Source of the DNA: Ignisphaera sp.
GTDB taxonomy: Archaea; Thermoproteota; Thermoprotei_A; Sulfolobales; Ignisphaeraceae
NCBI GenBank assembly: GCA_038889075.1
Contig: JAWAHS010000001.1
Coordinates: 215,764-279,763, forward strand
DNA: 64,000 nucleotides
Direction of reading: 5' to 3'
Below the pieces are notes generated by a model. That model saw nothing but the letters and a program-made list of their open reading frames with translations. It had not been told where the DNA came from and did not search any database. Position numbers and translations under genes: made by a program. Shown here piece by piece: positions 50,976 to 59,673 of the stretch. Position 1 is the stretch's first letter. The number at the start of each line of letters is the position of its first letter.

Positions 50976-51850
50976 TGAAGAGATTCTGCGTTAAATGTGG
51001 CGTTGAGGAGAGCACAGACATTCATATAATAAATGGGTTGTGCCCAAAATGCTTTATAGAAGTGCATGGAGTCTCTAAAACAGTAAAGATAATTAAAATA
51101 AAATACTGTAGTAGATGTGGTGCTATATTCTACGACAATAAGTGGATTAGCACAGTAGAGAAGAATCCTGAATATATCGTTAAGGAAATCGTATTGGATC
51201 ATCTGAAATTCGGGGAAGGAATTAAAATAGTAGACATATCTGTAGATTTAAACCCCTATACAAATTCGACTATCAAGGTAAATACCATATTTGAGTTTAT
51301 CAACAGGTTTAGATTTCAATACGAGTTACCTATTCAGATTCAGTGGAATAGATCGGTATGTCCAGCATGTCTAAAGAAAGCCGGAGGAGGATATAGTTCG
51401 GTTGTTCAGATAAGGTATATAAATTGGGATGAGGATATCGTTAGATTTATTGAAGAGATAGACAGCATGTTTAGAGAGTATATCAGTGATATTGAGGAGG
51501 TGAAAAATGGCTATGATATAAAACTTATCGATGTCCATATAGCTAAACGTATAGTAGAGTTAGCAAAGAGGAGATGGAAAAGCGCCAGAATCGTAGAATC
51601 ATATGGAGATAGTAGAAAGCTTAAAGATGGATCTAGGTATTCAAGGCTCTATATATCGATAAAAATTCTAAATCTTAAGGAGGGAGATTATGTTATACTG
51701 GATGGAAGACCATATAGAGTTACAGAGGTTAGTGAGAGGGAAATAGTTATGTTGGATCAAAATGGAACTCTGCATAGAGTTGGTATAAATGAATTGTCAG
51801 TCAAGTATATGAAGTCGCGTATAAAGACACGGAACCTAGAACCTCTATAA
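50975..51850 (+). CDS. nmd3: NMD3-family ribosome export/biogenesis protein
   Basis: FCVKCG, LCPKC, CSRCG, CPAC...GYSSVVQIR. Confidence 0.88.
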   Translation: MKRFCVKCGVEESTDIHIINGLCPKCFIEVHGVSKTVKIIKIKYCSRCGAIFYDNKWISTVEKNPEYIVKEIVLDHLKFGEGIKIVDISVDLNPYTNSTIKVNTIFEFINRFRFQYELPIQIQWNRSVCPACLKKAGGGYSSVVQIRYINWDEDIVRFIEEIDSMFREYISDIEEVKNGYDIKLIDVHIAKRIVELAKRRWKSARIVESYGDSRKLKDGSRYSRLYISIKILNLKEGDYVILDGRPYRVTEVSEREIVMLDQNGTLHRVGINELSVKYMKSRIKTRNLEPL

Positions 51851-51901
51851 CTTATATATTTGGATCGTTACTACTATACTATACGATGAGGTGAAGATTT
51901 C

Positions 51902-52234
51902 ATACCAGATAAAAAGAAGAAGGAAAAGGAGCAGATCGTAGAAGAAAAGGAGATTATGGTACCATCTGATGGACAGGTTATATGTGTAATAGATGAGATC
52001 ATAGGGGCCGATTTCGTGAAGGTTAGATGTAGCGATGGTGTTTTAAGATCATGCAGAATTCCAGGAAGATTTAGAAGAAGGACGTGGCTTTCTGAAGGTG
52101 ATGTGGTTCTCGTTCAGCCATGGGATTTCCAGCCAAATAAAGGTGACATTATACATAAATACTCAAGGGATGAAATTAAAAGATTGATAAACATGGGTAT
52201 GGTAGCGAGAGAATTTATCGAAGGTGGAACATAG
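51902..52234 (+). CDS. eif1a: Translation initiation factor aIF1A (probable ATA start; track ATG at 51956)
   Basis: CSDG..R.CRIPGRFRRR.W...GDVVLV.PWDFQ..KGDI; basic N-terminal tail PDKKKKEK in frame upstream, behind SD GAGGTGA. Confidence 0.92.
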   Translation: MPDKKKKEKEQIVEEKEIMVPSDGQVICVIDEIIGADFVKVRCSDGVLRSCRIPGRFRRRTWLSEGDVVLVQPWDFQPNKGDIIHKYSRDEIKRLINMGMVAREFIEGGT

Positions 52235-53074
52235 CTGTCGCCAAAGAGCGATTTTGATAAGAATATCGATCTTGATATACGTAGAAGGGTTTCCGAGCCT
52301 AAGATAAAGGATAAAGATCTTTTTGAAACCGTTGAGGAAGTATTTGATAAATCTACGGTTCTAGCTATTTTGGAGTTACAAAGGAGAAACTGTATAACTA
52401 AGTTGAAAGGGGTTATATCAGCGGGTAAAGAAGCTCGTGTATACTGGGGTAAAGGTAGTAATGGTGAAGATTTAGCGGTAAAGATATATCTAACGTCTTC
52501 AGCTGAGTTTAGGAAGAGTATATTGAAGTATATTCAGGGAGATCCTAGGTTTGAACACATTAAGAGTATGGCAATGCATAAGTTGATCAGTATATGGGCT
52601 AGAAAAGAGTATTCTAATCTGAAAAGGATGTACGATGCAGGTGTTAGTGTGCCAAAACCTATATGTGTGTATAGAAACGTCCTCATAATGGAATTCATTG
52701 GCGAGGAGGGTGTTAGAGCTCCCCTTCTAAGAGAGGTGTATAAGCTACAGTATCTAGATATAGAGAAGAGCAGATACTATTTTTCAACTATAATAAAAAA
52801 CATCTATAGAATGTACTGGTTTGCAGGACTTGTACACGGTGATTTAAGCGAATATAACGTTATGATATTTAGAGACACCCCCTATATAATTGATGTAAGT
52901 CAGTCTGTTAGAATTGAACATCCAAATGCACACCAATTTCTCTACCGAGATATTACGAATATAGTTCGTTTCTTTAGCGAGGAAGTAGGTCTCGATGCAC
53001 CTACAGCTGATGAAATCTACAATAGTATACTATCAAAAAGTAGTAGAATTTTTGAGGAATTGTTAGAGGAATAA
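52235..53074 (+). CDS. rio1: RIO1 serine protein kinase (probable CTG start; track start 52370)
   Basis: ISAGKEARVY, AVKIY, GDPRF, HGDLSEYN, IDVSQ; conserved KDKDLFETVEEVFD lies upstream of 52370. Confidence 0.93.
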   Translation: MSPKSDFDKNIDLDIRRRVSEPKIKDKDLFETVEEVFDKSTVLAILELQRRNCITKLKGVISAGKEARVYWGKGSNGEDLAVKIYLTSSAEFRKSILKYIQGDPRFEHIKSMAMHKLISIWARKEYSNLKRMYDAGVSVPKPICVYRNVLIMEFIGEEGVRAPLLREVYKLQYLDIEKSRYYFSTIIKNIYRMYWFAGLVHGDLSEYNVMIFRDTPYIIDVSQSVRIEHPNAHQFLYRDITNIVRFFSEEVGLDAPTADEIYNSILSKSSRIFEELLEE

Positions 53075-53176
53075 TGTAACAATAGATATCTTCAGCTTTT
53101 TAATCTGCTAAAATATTTAACAGGACTTACTGAATAGGCACATTTATCTAATTTATTAGATGAGGTATCACATGAG

Positions 53177-53839
53177 ATGAGTAGTGCAGATAAAATTTCC
53201 CACACTTCTAACTCAAATAACTCTTCTAATAAAGTAGATTTGTCATCCCCCAATACAATGGGCTACACAGTACAAGGAGTAACAAAACTATATGTAAAGG
53301 TACCAGTTGAACGCATAGGAGCAGTTATTGGTAAAGGTGGGGAAACTCTAAAGAAGCTTATGGAAGCCACAAAGACATTGATAACTATAAATGAAATTGA
53401 TGGAATTACAGTAATAGAACCTGCCTCACCATACACAAGACCTATAGATTTAATGAAGGCACAAGATGTGATTAAAGCGATTGGCTATGGCTTTGCACCC
53501 GATAGAGCATTTAGGCTACTGGACGAGGATCAAATTCTCATTGTAATAGACTTGAAGGATCACGTCAAGCCATCACTTAACCATCTTACTAGAGTTAAGG
53601 GAAGAGTCATAGGTGAAGAGGGGAGGGTAAGGAAGAATCTAGAAGATATGACTGATACGTATATATCTGTATACGATGATTATGTAGCAATAATAGGAGA
53701 GTATGATAATGCTAATATAGCTAGGGAGGCTATAATGATGATTATTGAGGGAAGACAGCATGCAACTGTATATCGATATGTAGATAAAGCTATGAGACAA
53801 ATTAGAAGAACCAAAATGCTATCACTATGGAGAACGTAG
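53177..53839 (+). CDS. KH-domain rRNA processing protein (Dim2/Pno1)
   Basis: RIGAVIGKGG, AIGYGF, RVKGRVIGEEG, G.QH.TVY. Confidence 0.92.
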   Translation: MSSADKISHTSNSNNSSNKVDLSSPNTMGYTVQGVTKLYVKVPVERIGAVIGKGGETLKKLMEATKTLITINEIDGITVIEPASPYTRPIDLMKAQDVIKAIGYGFAPDRAFRLLDEDQILIVIDLKDHVKPSLNHLTRVKGRVIGEEGRVRKNLEDMTDTYISVYDDYVAIIGEYDNANIAREAIMMIIEGRQHATVYRYVDKAMRQIRRTKMLSLWRT

Positions 53840-53898
53840 AGTAAGATAATAAGAATATATAAGGGTGTGTAACCTAAGAAATCTTGATGAAATCTGGT

Positions 53899-54053
53899 GG
53901 GCCCGTAGCTCAGCTAGGTAGAGCGGCGGACTATGAAAATGGGCCGAGGCTCCAGTTACTATGGGTCTGATGACCCTAGTGGGATGAAATGAAACTGGAG
54001 CGTTGATGGGAGAGACCCGTAGGTCGGGGGTTCAAATCCCCCCGGGCCCACCA
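53899..54053 (+). tRNA. tRNA-Trp(CCA) with two introns: 19 nt at 30/31 (53930-53948) and 59 nt at 37/38 (53956-54014)
   Basis: Removing both inserts gives a 77-nt cloverleaf with GCGGG-CTCCAGA-CCCGT anticodon arm and encoded CCA; both inserts form BHB-type motifs. Confidence 0.9.
53956..54014 (+). ncRNA. Intron-encoded box C/D-type guide for tRNA-Trp Cm34 and Cm39
   Basis: CTATGGGTCTG+ATGA pairs with tRNA 35-45 (D+5 gives C39); AACTGGAGC+G+TTGA pairs with 31-37+TT (D+5 gives C34); C'-like GGATGA lies between. Confidence 0.75.
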
Positions 54054-54748
54054 CACCTCACCATGTATCTACATAGCTTGCGCAAGCGTTCATTAACTGA
54101 AGGATGGCTACTGAACAGCTTTTCCCTAAGACCGATCCTCCCATCAGGATGTCTTAGAGCTATTTTTTGAAGAACTTGAAGATAGAGCCTGGGGTTCTCA
54201 AGATTCTTTACAACGATGAGATCTGCTTCCTCTTCGAATCTTCTAGTGAGATATCTTGTAAATACTAGCATAGCTATGTAGGTTAGGGTAAAGATAATTC
54301 CTGCTAGAATAAGAAGCATAACCTCAGAATCTACATAGAAAACTATAGATAAGTATGGAAGTACTCCGGTTAACGCTATTGATAGACCTGTTGCAAGGAG
54401 CTTTACATGATGCCTCTGCTGACAATGTGCATATTCATGGAGAACCACGGTCTTCAGTTCATCGAAGGTTAAAGTATTTAGTATCCCCTGTGAAAGAACT
54501 AGAGTTCTACAGAGGAATCCTATAGCTGCAGCGTTGATAATATCATCTCTATATGCAATTTTTACCTTTTTAAAGGGTTTAACACCTAAAGATGCTGCAA
54601 CCTCTCTAGATAATTCTAGTAGGATGCTATCACTAGTTTCATATGATTTAATCCACCAAAACCAGAGCTTCACGTATCTAATTATATTTTCTATTCTTAA
54701 TCTAATTCCGTCACAAATACCATTGGTTAAATCCATGCAATCACACAT
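54032..54748 (-). CDS. M48 (HtpX-like) zinc metalloprotease
   Basis: INAAA, LHEYAH, EEEAD, FSSHPS...R; two TM helices. Confidence 0.88.
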   Translation of the reverse strand: MCDCMDLTNGICDGIRLRIENIIRYVKLWFWWIKSYETSDSILLELSREVAASLGVKPFKKVKIAYRDDIINAAAIGFLCRTLVLSQGILNTLTFDELKTVVLHEYAHCQQRHHVKLLATGLSIALTGVLPYLSIVFYVDSEVMLLILAGIIFTLTYIAMLVFTRYLTRRFEEEADLIVVKNLENPRLYLQVLQKIALRHPDGRIGLREKLFSSHPSVNERLRKLCRYMVRCGGPGGI

Positions 54749-54823
54749 CGGTAACTACATTAAGTTGATTATACAGTACTCAGTATCAAACTTAAATTGT
54801 ACTAGTCAGATAATAAAAGTATT

Positions 54824-55456
54824 ATGGATTGCCCAACAATGAGGATAAAATACATTAGAAGGCATATAATGATTAAGAAAGAGTTTGGTGAGCATATACT
54901 TAGTGGTAAGAAGACGACCACCATAAGGCTTGGTAAGGTGGTGCCTAAGGCACGTGAAGTAATAATACATAGTGGTGGTAGACCCATAGCTAAGGCTGTA
55001 ATAACAGGTGTTACATATAAACATGTCTATGAATTAACTGATGAAGATGCCAGAAAGGATGGTTACGATTCTGCTGAGCAGCTCATCAAGGACTTGGAGA
55101 AACTCTATGGCAGATCTATAGATCTAGGTGAAATCGTTACGGTTATTGAATTTAGAATTGTAAAAAGGTTTACTGATTTAAACGAATACGATATATACAT
55201 GGGATTAACGCCTATTGATATAGCTATACTTTCAAATAGGTATCTAAAATACGAGTTATCAGATGAGGATCTTAAAATAATCAATACCATCCTTAGGTAT
55301 AAAAGTATTAGAATTGCATCACTAAAACTATTCGGTTCATTATCAAAAAGATGGATTATTAGGAGAACTCTTAGATTGTGCCTAGATAGACTGGTTGAGA
55401 AAGGTATTATATGGACGAAAAGCGTTGTGAATAGGGGTAGGGATGTGAATGGTTAA
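54824..55456 (+). CDS. ASCH-domain protein with C-terminal HTH-like region
   Basis: ILSGKKTTTIRLG, ELTDEDARKDG, VTVIEF. Confidence 0.85.
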   Translation: MDCPTMRIKYIRRHIMIKKEFGEHILSGKKTTTIRLGKVVPKAREVIIHSGGRPIAKAVITGVTYKHVYELTDEDARKDGYDSAEQLIKDLEKLYGRSIDLGEIVTVIEFRIVKRFTDLNEYDIYMGLTPIDIAILSNRYLKYELSDEDLKIINTILRYKSIRIASLKLFGSLSKRWIIRRTLRLCLDRLVEKGIIWTKSVVNRGRDVNG

Positions 55457-55521
55457 ATTTTATGAGAATAGCTATTATCCACTGCACTCAGAGCTTATTA
55501 CGGTAAACATTTGGTGTTTCT

Positions 55522-56589
55522 CTAGCCTTTATCTACAATTCCCTGGGCTACCAGATCTACAATTCCGTAGTGCTTACCCATAGCGATATCAAATGCTAAT
55601 TCAGATGCTGCTTGCAGGTTGTAGCATATTAAAAGGAGTCTCTCGAAGAATGTTTTAGCTTTTAGATATTCATCGAGTGACTTGTATCTTGGAATAACCT
55701 CCATTTCCATTCTACGTATGAACTTAATTGACTCTATGGCCAGATCAACTGCTCTACTAGCTATATACAGATCTCCCTTCGATAATGCCTGTAGAATGAT
55801 GTCCATAACGTAGACTATGTGGAGCTCGAGCTCATCTAACCTATCTCCAAGTGTATCCCTTACTACATGCATTAACTCAGGTGCTTCGCTAAATATTTGT
55901 GATGCCTGTGTTAATGCGTCACCCATATCCTCTAGAGATTTTATTAACGTTCGGTACTCTGTTACAAATGGTATCGATCTAAGTAGATTTAATGCATATA
56001 CGTATCTGATTGCCAATGCATGTATTCTATCCATTTCAAACTCCAGCTCCACTACCTCCTTGAGATGTTCATAGTCTAGATTCTTTATAGATATTACAAG
56101 GAAGTTCAGCATATTTTTTATCGCTGAAATCATTCTTGCTATAAGCCCATCAATATTATACCTCTCAGTATCTATAAAAATTTGTATAACGACCCTGTCA
56201 GACGTTTGTTCAACAATTTCAGATCCTATCAGCATTCTGATAAGAGACCTAATAGCATGCATATGATGCGGCGATATACTCTTCTCCTCAACGCTTTCTA
56301 TCACTATTCTATCATAACAAGCAATGTATGAAGCATATATTGCCCTCATTAAAATATCTTCCGAGGTATTCCTCGATATGCCAATCTTTACCTCTTTACC
56401 CTTGTATCTCTTTTCAAAAATTTTTTCTGGCAAAATTATTAGGGAACCATCCTCTTTAACCTCAAGCCTTACGAGATCCGATGGTTTTAGACCAACCATC
56501 TTTACGTACTCCGATGGAAGTGAAACCATTAGAGTGGACTTACCAAATTTCTGAACCTTTCTAGTTTCAACTATTTTTGATTCACTCAT
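55522..56589 (-). CDS. AbrB-PhoU phosphate uptake regulator
   Basis: RKVQKFGKSTLMVSLP AbrB domain; GSEIVE; E.EMDR PhoU helices. Confidence 0.88.
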   Translation of the reverse strand: MSESKIVETRKVQKFGKSTLMVSLPSEYVKMVGLKPSDLVRLEVKEDGSLIILPEKIFEKRYKGKEVKIGISRNTSEDILMRAIYASYIACYDRIVIESVEEKSISPHHMHAIRSLIRMLIGSEIVEQTSDRVVIQIFIDTERYNIDGLIARMISAIKNMLNFLVISIKNLDYEHLKEVVELEFEMDRIHALAIRYVYALNLLRSIPFVTEYRTLIKSLEDMGDALTQASQIFSEAPELMHVVRDTLGDRLDELELHIVYVMDIILQALSKGDLYIASRAVDLAIESIKFIRRMEMEVIPRYKSLDEYLKAKTFFERLLLICYNLQAASELAFDIAMGKHYGIVDLVAQGIVDKG

Positions 56590-56685
56590 ACATATCTATA
56601 CCTAATTATATTCTACTGCTAGGGAGATTAAAATGTTTTTACTTTATATACAAGTTTAACACTATATTATATCAAGTAAAATGCA

Positions 56686-56925
56686 TTAAGAACTTCTTAA
56701 TACATCTTGTATTGTTAAACTGATCACCCTTCCCTGGCTAAGTTTAACAACAATGTTGTTCTCTAAAAGTAGTATCTCATCAGCCTCCTCATCAGAGATC
56801 ACTATATGGAGTGAATTGGTTATATTATCATATATCACTGTAGCCTTTTCAAGCTCCATTAGGTCTAGTGTAACCCTCCTAGCTTCCCTATACCCCATCT
56901 TCGTATTTTCCATGGATTCCACCAT
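56686..56925 (-). CDS. Small hypothetical protein (DUF2283-like)
   Basis: IYDNITNSLHI...ENNIVV...GRVISLTI; ATG at 56925 preceded by GGTGA. Confidence 0.5.
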   Translation of the reverse strand: MVESMENTKMGYREARRVTLDLMELEKATVIYDNITNSLHIVISDEEADEILLLENNIVVKLSQGRVISLTIQDVLRSS

Positions 56926-57206
56926 ATTATCACCTAGATTTGATAAATCTAATATCTTTATATGTACTTGAAGACAGCATCCTATGCAGTAGAGTTTCCA
57001 GCCATATAAACACACCGCTATATCTATATTGATTCTATTAGAACGTTGTATTCTAATACATATATATCTAGGGCTACCAATTGGTGTGTATGCAACATAT
57101 GCTATAGATTGTTGAAAACTGTAGATATAGATATAGTAGAGATCATATGGATTTATAAGCCTACTAACGGCTAAAGTCTGCAACCACGAATTCGAGCTCG
57201 ATTTGA

Positions 57207-57641
57207 ATGTCCGAATCCGTAACTAAAGTAAAAGATCTCAAACCAGGAATGGAAAATATAAGTGCAGCAGTAAGAGTTTTAGAGAGCTATGGTGTTAGAA
57301 CAATAGATACAAAAGCTGGTACGAGAACACTTGGAGAGTATATGGTTGGAGATGATACAGGTAAGGTAAAGCTAGTTGTATGGGGTTCTAAGGCTCCATC
57401 TCTAGGCATAGGAGACGTTGTTGAGATAAAGAATGCATGGGTAACAGTATTCAAAGGAGAGGTGCAACTAAATGCAGGTAAGAATAGCAGTATAGAGAAG
57501 CTTCCAGATAGCGCTATTCCATCAGCAGATGAAATTCCAAATGAAGTTCCGAAGGCTGAGGGTGGTGAAAGAACGCCTCCCCGTAGACCAAGATCAGGTA
57601 GATTCGGTGGAAGAGGCAGAGGAAGAGGAGGATATAGGTAA
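57207..57641 (+). CDS. ssb: Crenarchaeal single-OB-fold single-stranded DNA-binding protein
   Basis: KVKDLKPG, VGDDTGKVKL.VWG, NAWVT.FKGEVQLNAGK, Arg/Gly-rich tail. Confidence 0.93.
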   Translation: MSESVTKVKDLKPGMENISAAVRVLESYGVRTIDTKAGTRTLGEYMVGDDTGKVKLVVWGSKAPSLGIGDVVEIKNAWVTVFKGEVQLNAGKNSSIEKLPDSAIPSADEIPNEVPKAEGGERTPPRRPRSGRFGGRGRGRGGYR

Positions 57642-57647
57642 TCCATC

Positions 57648-57944
57648 ATGAGCAACCAAACTGAAAAAGCTAGATGGAATGAAATCTATAGAAGAAAGGG
57701 TACAGAGATAGGCGTTGATAAAGGTGACTTTGTCGTTGCTGTAGACGAGGAAAAGGCATATGCACTTGCACCGGCTGTATACTATGTATGGTCTATGTGC
57801 GATGGAGAAACAAGTGTTGGAAAAATAATTGAAAATCTTGCGGAAAACATAGAGGAGGAGATAGATATGGGTACACTCTATAACGCTGTAGTTGATATAA
57901 TAGATAGATTAGTTGAAGTCAACCTCTTAGAGAAGATAGGATAG
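57648..57944 (+). CDS. PqqD-like small protein
   Basis: AYAL...YYVWSMCDGETSVGKII...IIDRLVEVNLL winged-helix pattern. Confidence 0.65.
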   Translation: MSNQTEKARWNEIYRRKGTEIGVDKGDFVVAVDEEKAYALAPAVYYVWSMCDGETSVGKIIENLAENIEEEIDMGTLYNAVVDIIDRLVEVNLLEKIG

Positions 57945-58017
57945 AGAATAAAATAATTCAATACATCCAATTCAATCAAATTAAAAGAATTTTTTGAATA
58001 AAAACGTATAATACTGT

Positions 58018-58803
58018 TTATATAGAGCCTAATCTACTTACATAGTATTTAGCCCTTGGCTCATTACTTGGTATGGTATGAGCGGCAATTAGAAGCAGTG
58101 GATATATACTATCTTCAACAGGCACAAGAGATTCAAATAATATTAGATAACTCTTTCCAATAGAAGCTATAGCAGTAGCACTATCTACAGCAGCAAGCTT
58201 CATAGTAAATACACCCAGTCTCTGGTACACATCTATCTGAACTATACTGTATTTTACATTATCATGTACAGTTCCTACTCCAAGACCTTTTACGATAAGG
58301 AAGAATTTATCCTTTATAGGAAATATCCTTAGAGTACCTACCCCACTATACATATCGTCTAGTAGCTCTAGCAAACCTCCCATGGTAGAGAGTCTACGTA
58401 GGGGCTCTGAATTGATATCTTCTGTACATAGATGTGGAATTCCTAAATTTTCATCTATTTCTAGAGATATTCTATATCTACGCAATTTATTACTGCATGG
58501 TTTGGTAGATGAATATGGGATCAGTACATCACTTTCAATCCAAGCTGTCTCCGCCAACATATATACTGTGGTAAGATTATAGAATTCTCTAGAATTACAG
58601 AGAATGGCATAGCCGGGTGCTATAGCAATTCGCCTTAATACCCCCTCCACCCTAGTTGCTATAACCGCCGGTTCTACTGCTATAAATACAGCTACGGTAT
58701 GTGAAATATCAAAGAGTCTACTTACATATTCGGCAATACTAGTGAAGTTCTTAAAGGGGTCTACAATCCAGCATCCTTCATAGAATCTCATTACAGTACC
58801 CAC
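58018..58803 (-). CDS. Hypothetical protein
   Basis: 261-aa ORF filling the gap between convergent and divergent genes. Confidence 0.6.
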   Translation of the reverse strand: MGTVMRFYEGCWIVDPFKNFTSIAEYVSRLFDISHTVAVFIAVEPAVIATRVEGVLRRIAIAPGYAILCNSREFYNLTTVYMLAETAWIESDVLIPYSSTKPCSNKLRRYRISLEIDENLGIPHLCTEDINSEPLRRLSTMGGLLELLDDMYSGVGTLRIFPIKDKFFLIVKGLGVGTVHDNVKYSIVQIDVYQRLGVFTMKLAAVDSATAIASIGKSYLILFESLVPVEDSIYPLLLIAAHTIPSNEPRAKYYVSRLGSI

Positions 58804-58895
58804 TATAGGTGATGGATAGACGAATCATAATTTGGATTCAAATAGTTAAAAACCTTTATTCTCTAATATCTACATAAAAGCAAGCTGGTGGAATT

Positions 58896-59111
58896 ATGAG
58901 TAGAGGTACCACTATAAAATCTTTTAAGGCATGTATAAGATGCAAAGCACTGCTTCAACCAGATGTACAGAAATGCCCTGTATGCGGATCGGCTGAATTT
59001 ACGAATGAGTGGAGCGGTATGGTTATAATAGTAGATCCAGAGAAATCTGATGTAGCTAAGCTCCTGGGTATAAAAACACCCGGAAGATATGCTTTAAAGG
59101 TTGGCGTATAG
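58896..59111 (+). CDS. spt4: Transcription elongation factor Spt4 (RpoE'')
   Basis: KACIRC, CPVCGS, WSG...DPEKS..AK.LGI..PGRYAL. Confidence 0.95.
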   Translation: MSRGTTIKSFKACIRCKALLQPDVQKCPVCGSAEFTNEWSGMVIIVDPEKSDVAKLLGIKTPGRYALKVGV

Positions 59112-59140
59112 AGTTTTTAAGTAAGTTGAGGTGGTGGTAG

Positions 59141-59479
59141 ATGAGTCTACAACAGAAACTCAACCAGAGAGATAAGGTGATTAAAATATCAGACGATGTA
59201 TCTATAACTGTGTTAGATGAGAAATACAATAAGTTGTTGAGGAGAGCTGAGATAAGCATATATATTGATCACATAAAGACTGGGACTCCCTCTAGAAAAG
59301 AACTTAGAAAGTTTATAGCATCCATATACAGAGTAGATGAAGCTAGCATTATCATTAAGAATGTTGAGAGTGAATATGGTAGAGGGAGCTCGCGGGCACT
59401 GGTATACATATATGAAGATCCCAGATATGCAAGACTTCTCGAACCTCAGTACATACTCAAAAGAAATGAGTTGCAGTAG
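59141..59479 (+). CDS. rps24e: 30S ribosomal protein S24e
   Basis: NKLLRRAE, TPSR, YGRG, EPQYIL.RN. Confidence 0.93.
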   Translation: MSLQQKLNQRDKVIKISDDVSITVLDEKYNKLLRRAEISIYIDHIKTGTPSRKELRKFIASIYRVDEASIIIKNVESEYGRGSSRALVYIYEDPRYARLLEPQYILKRNELQ

Positions 59480-59490
59480 GTGAATTTGAT

Positions 59491-59673
59491 ATGGCTAACA
59501 AAAAATTCAGATCACAACTCTATGAATACGACTATGCGAAGGGTATTATAAAGCTAAAGAATAGGACATGCCCCCGTTGTGGATCCATGATGGCTTTTCA
59601 CAGTGTTGGTAAGCCTAGATGGCACTGCGGAAAATGTGACTATACTATTTTTGTTGAGGAAAAGAAGAAGTGA
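59491..59673 (+). CDS. rps27ae: 30S ribosomal protein S27ae
   Basis: KNRTCPRCGSMMAFH...RWHCGKCDYT. Confidence 0.95.
   Translation: MANKKFRSQLYEYDYAKGIIKLKNRTCPRCGSMMAFHSVGKPRWHCGKCDYTIFVEEKKK

Noticed and set aside
56926-57183. Long N-terminal extension of the 165-aa ORF 56686-57183
   Set aside because: The upstream part is AT-rich promoter-like DNA divergent from ssb; the SD supports a start at 56925
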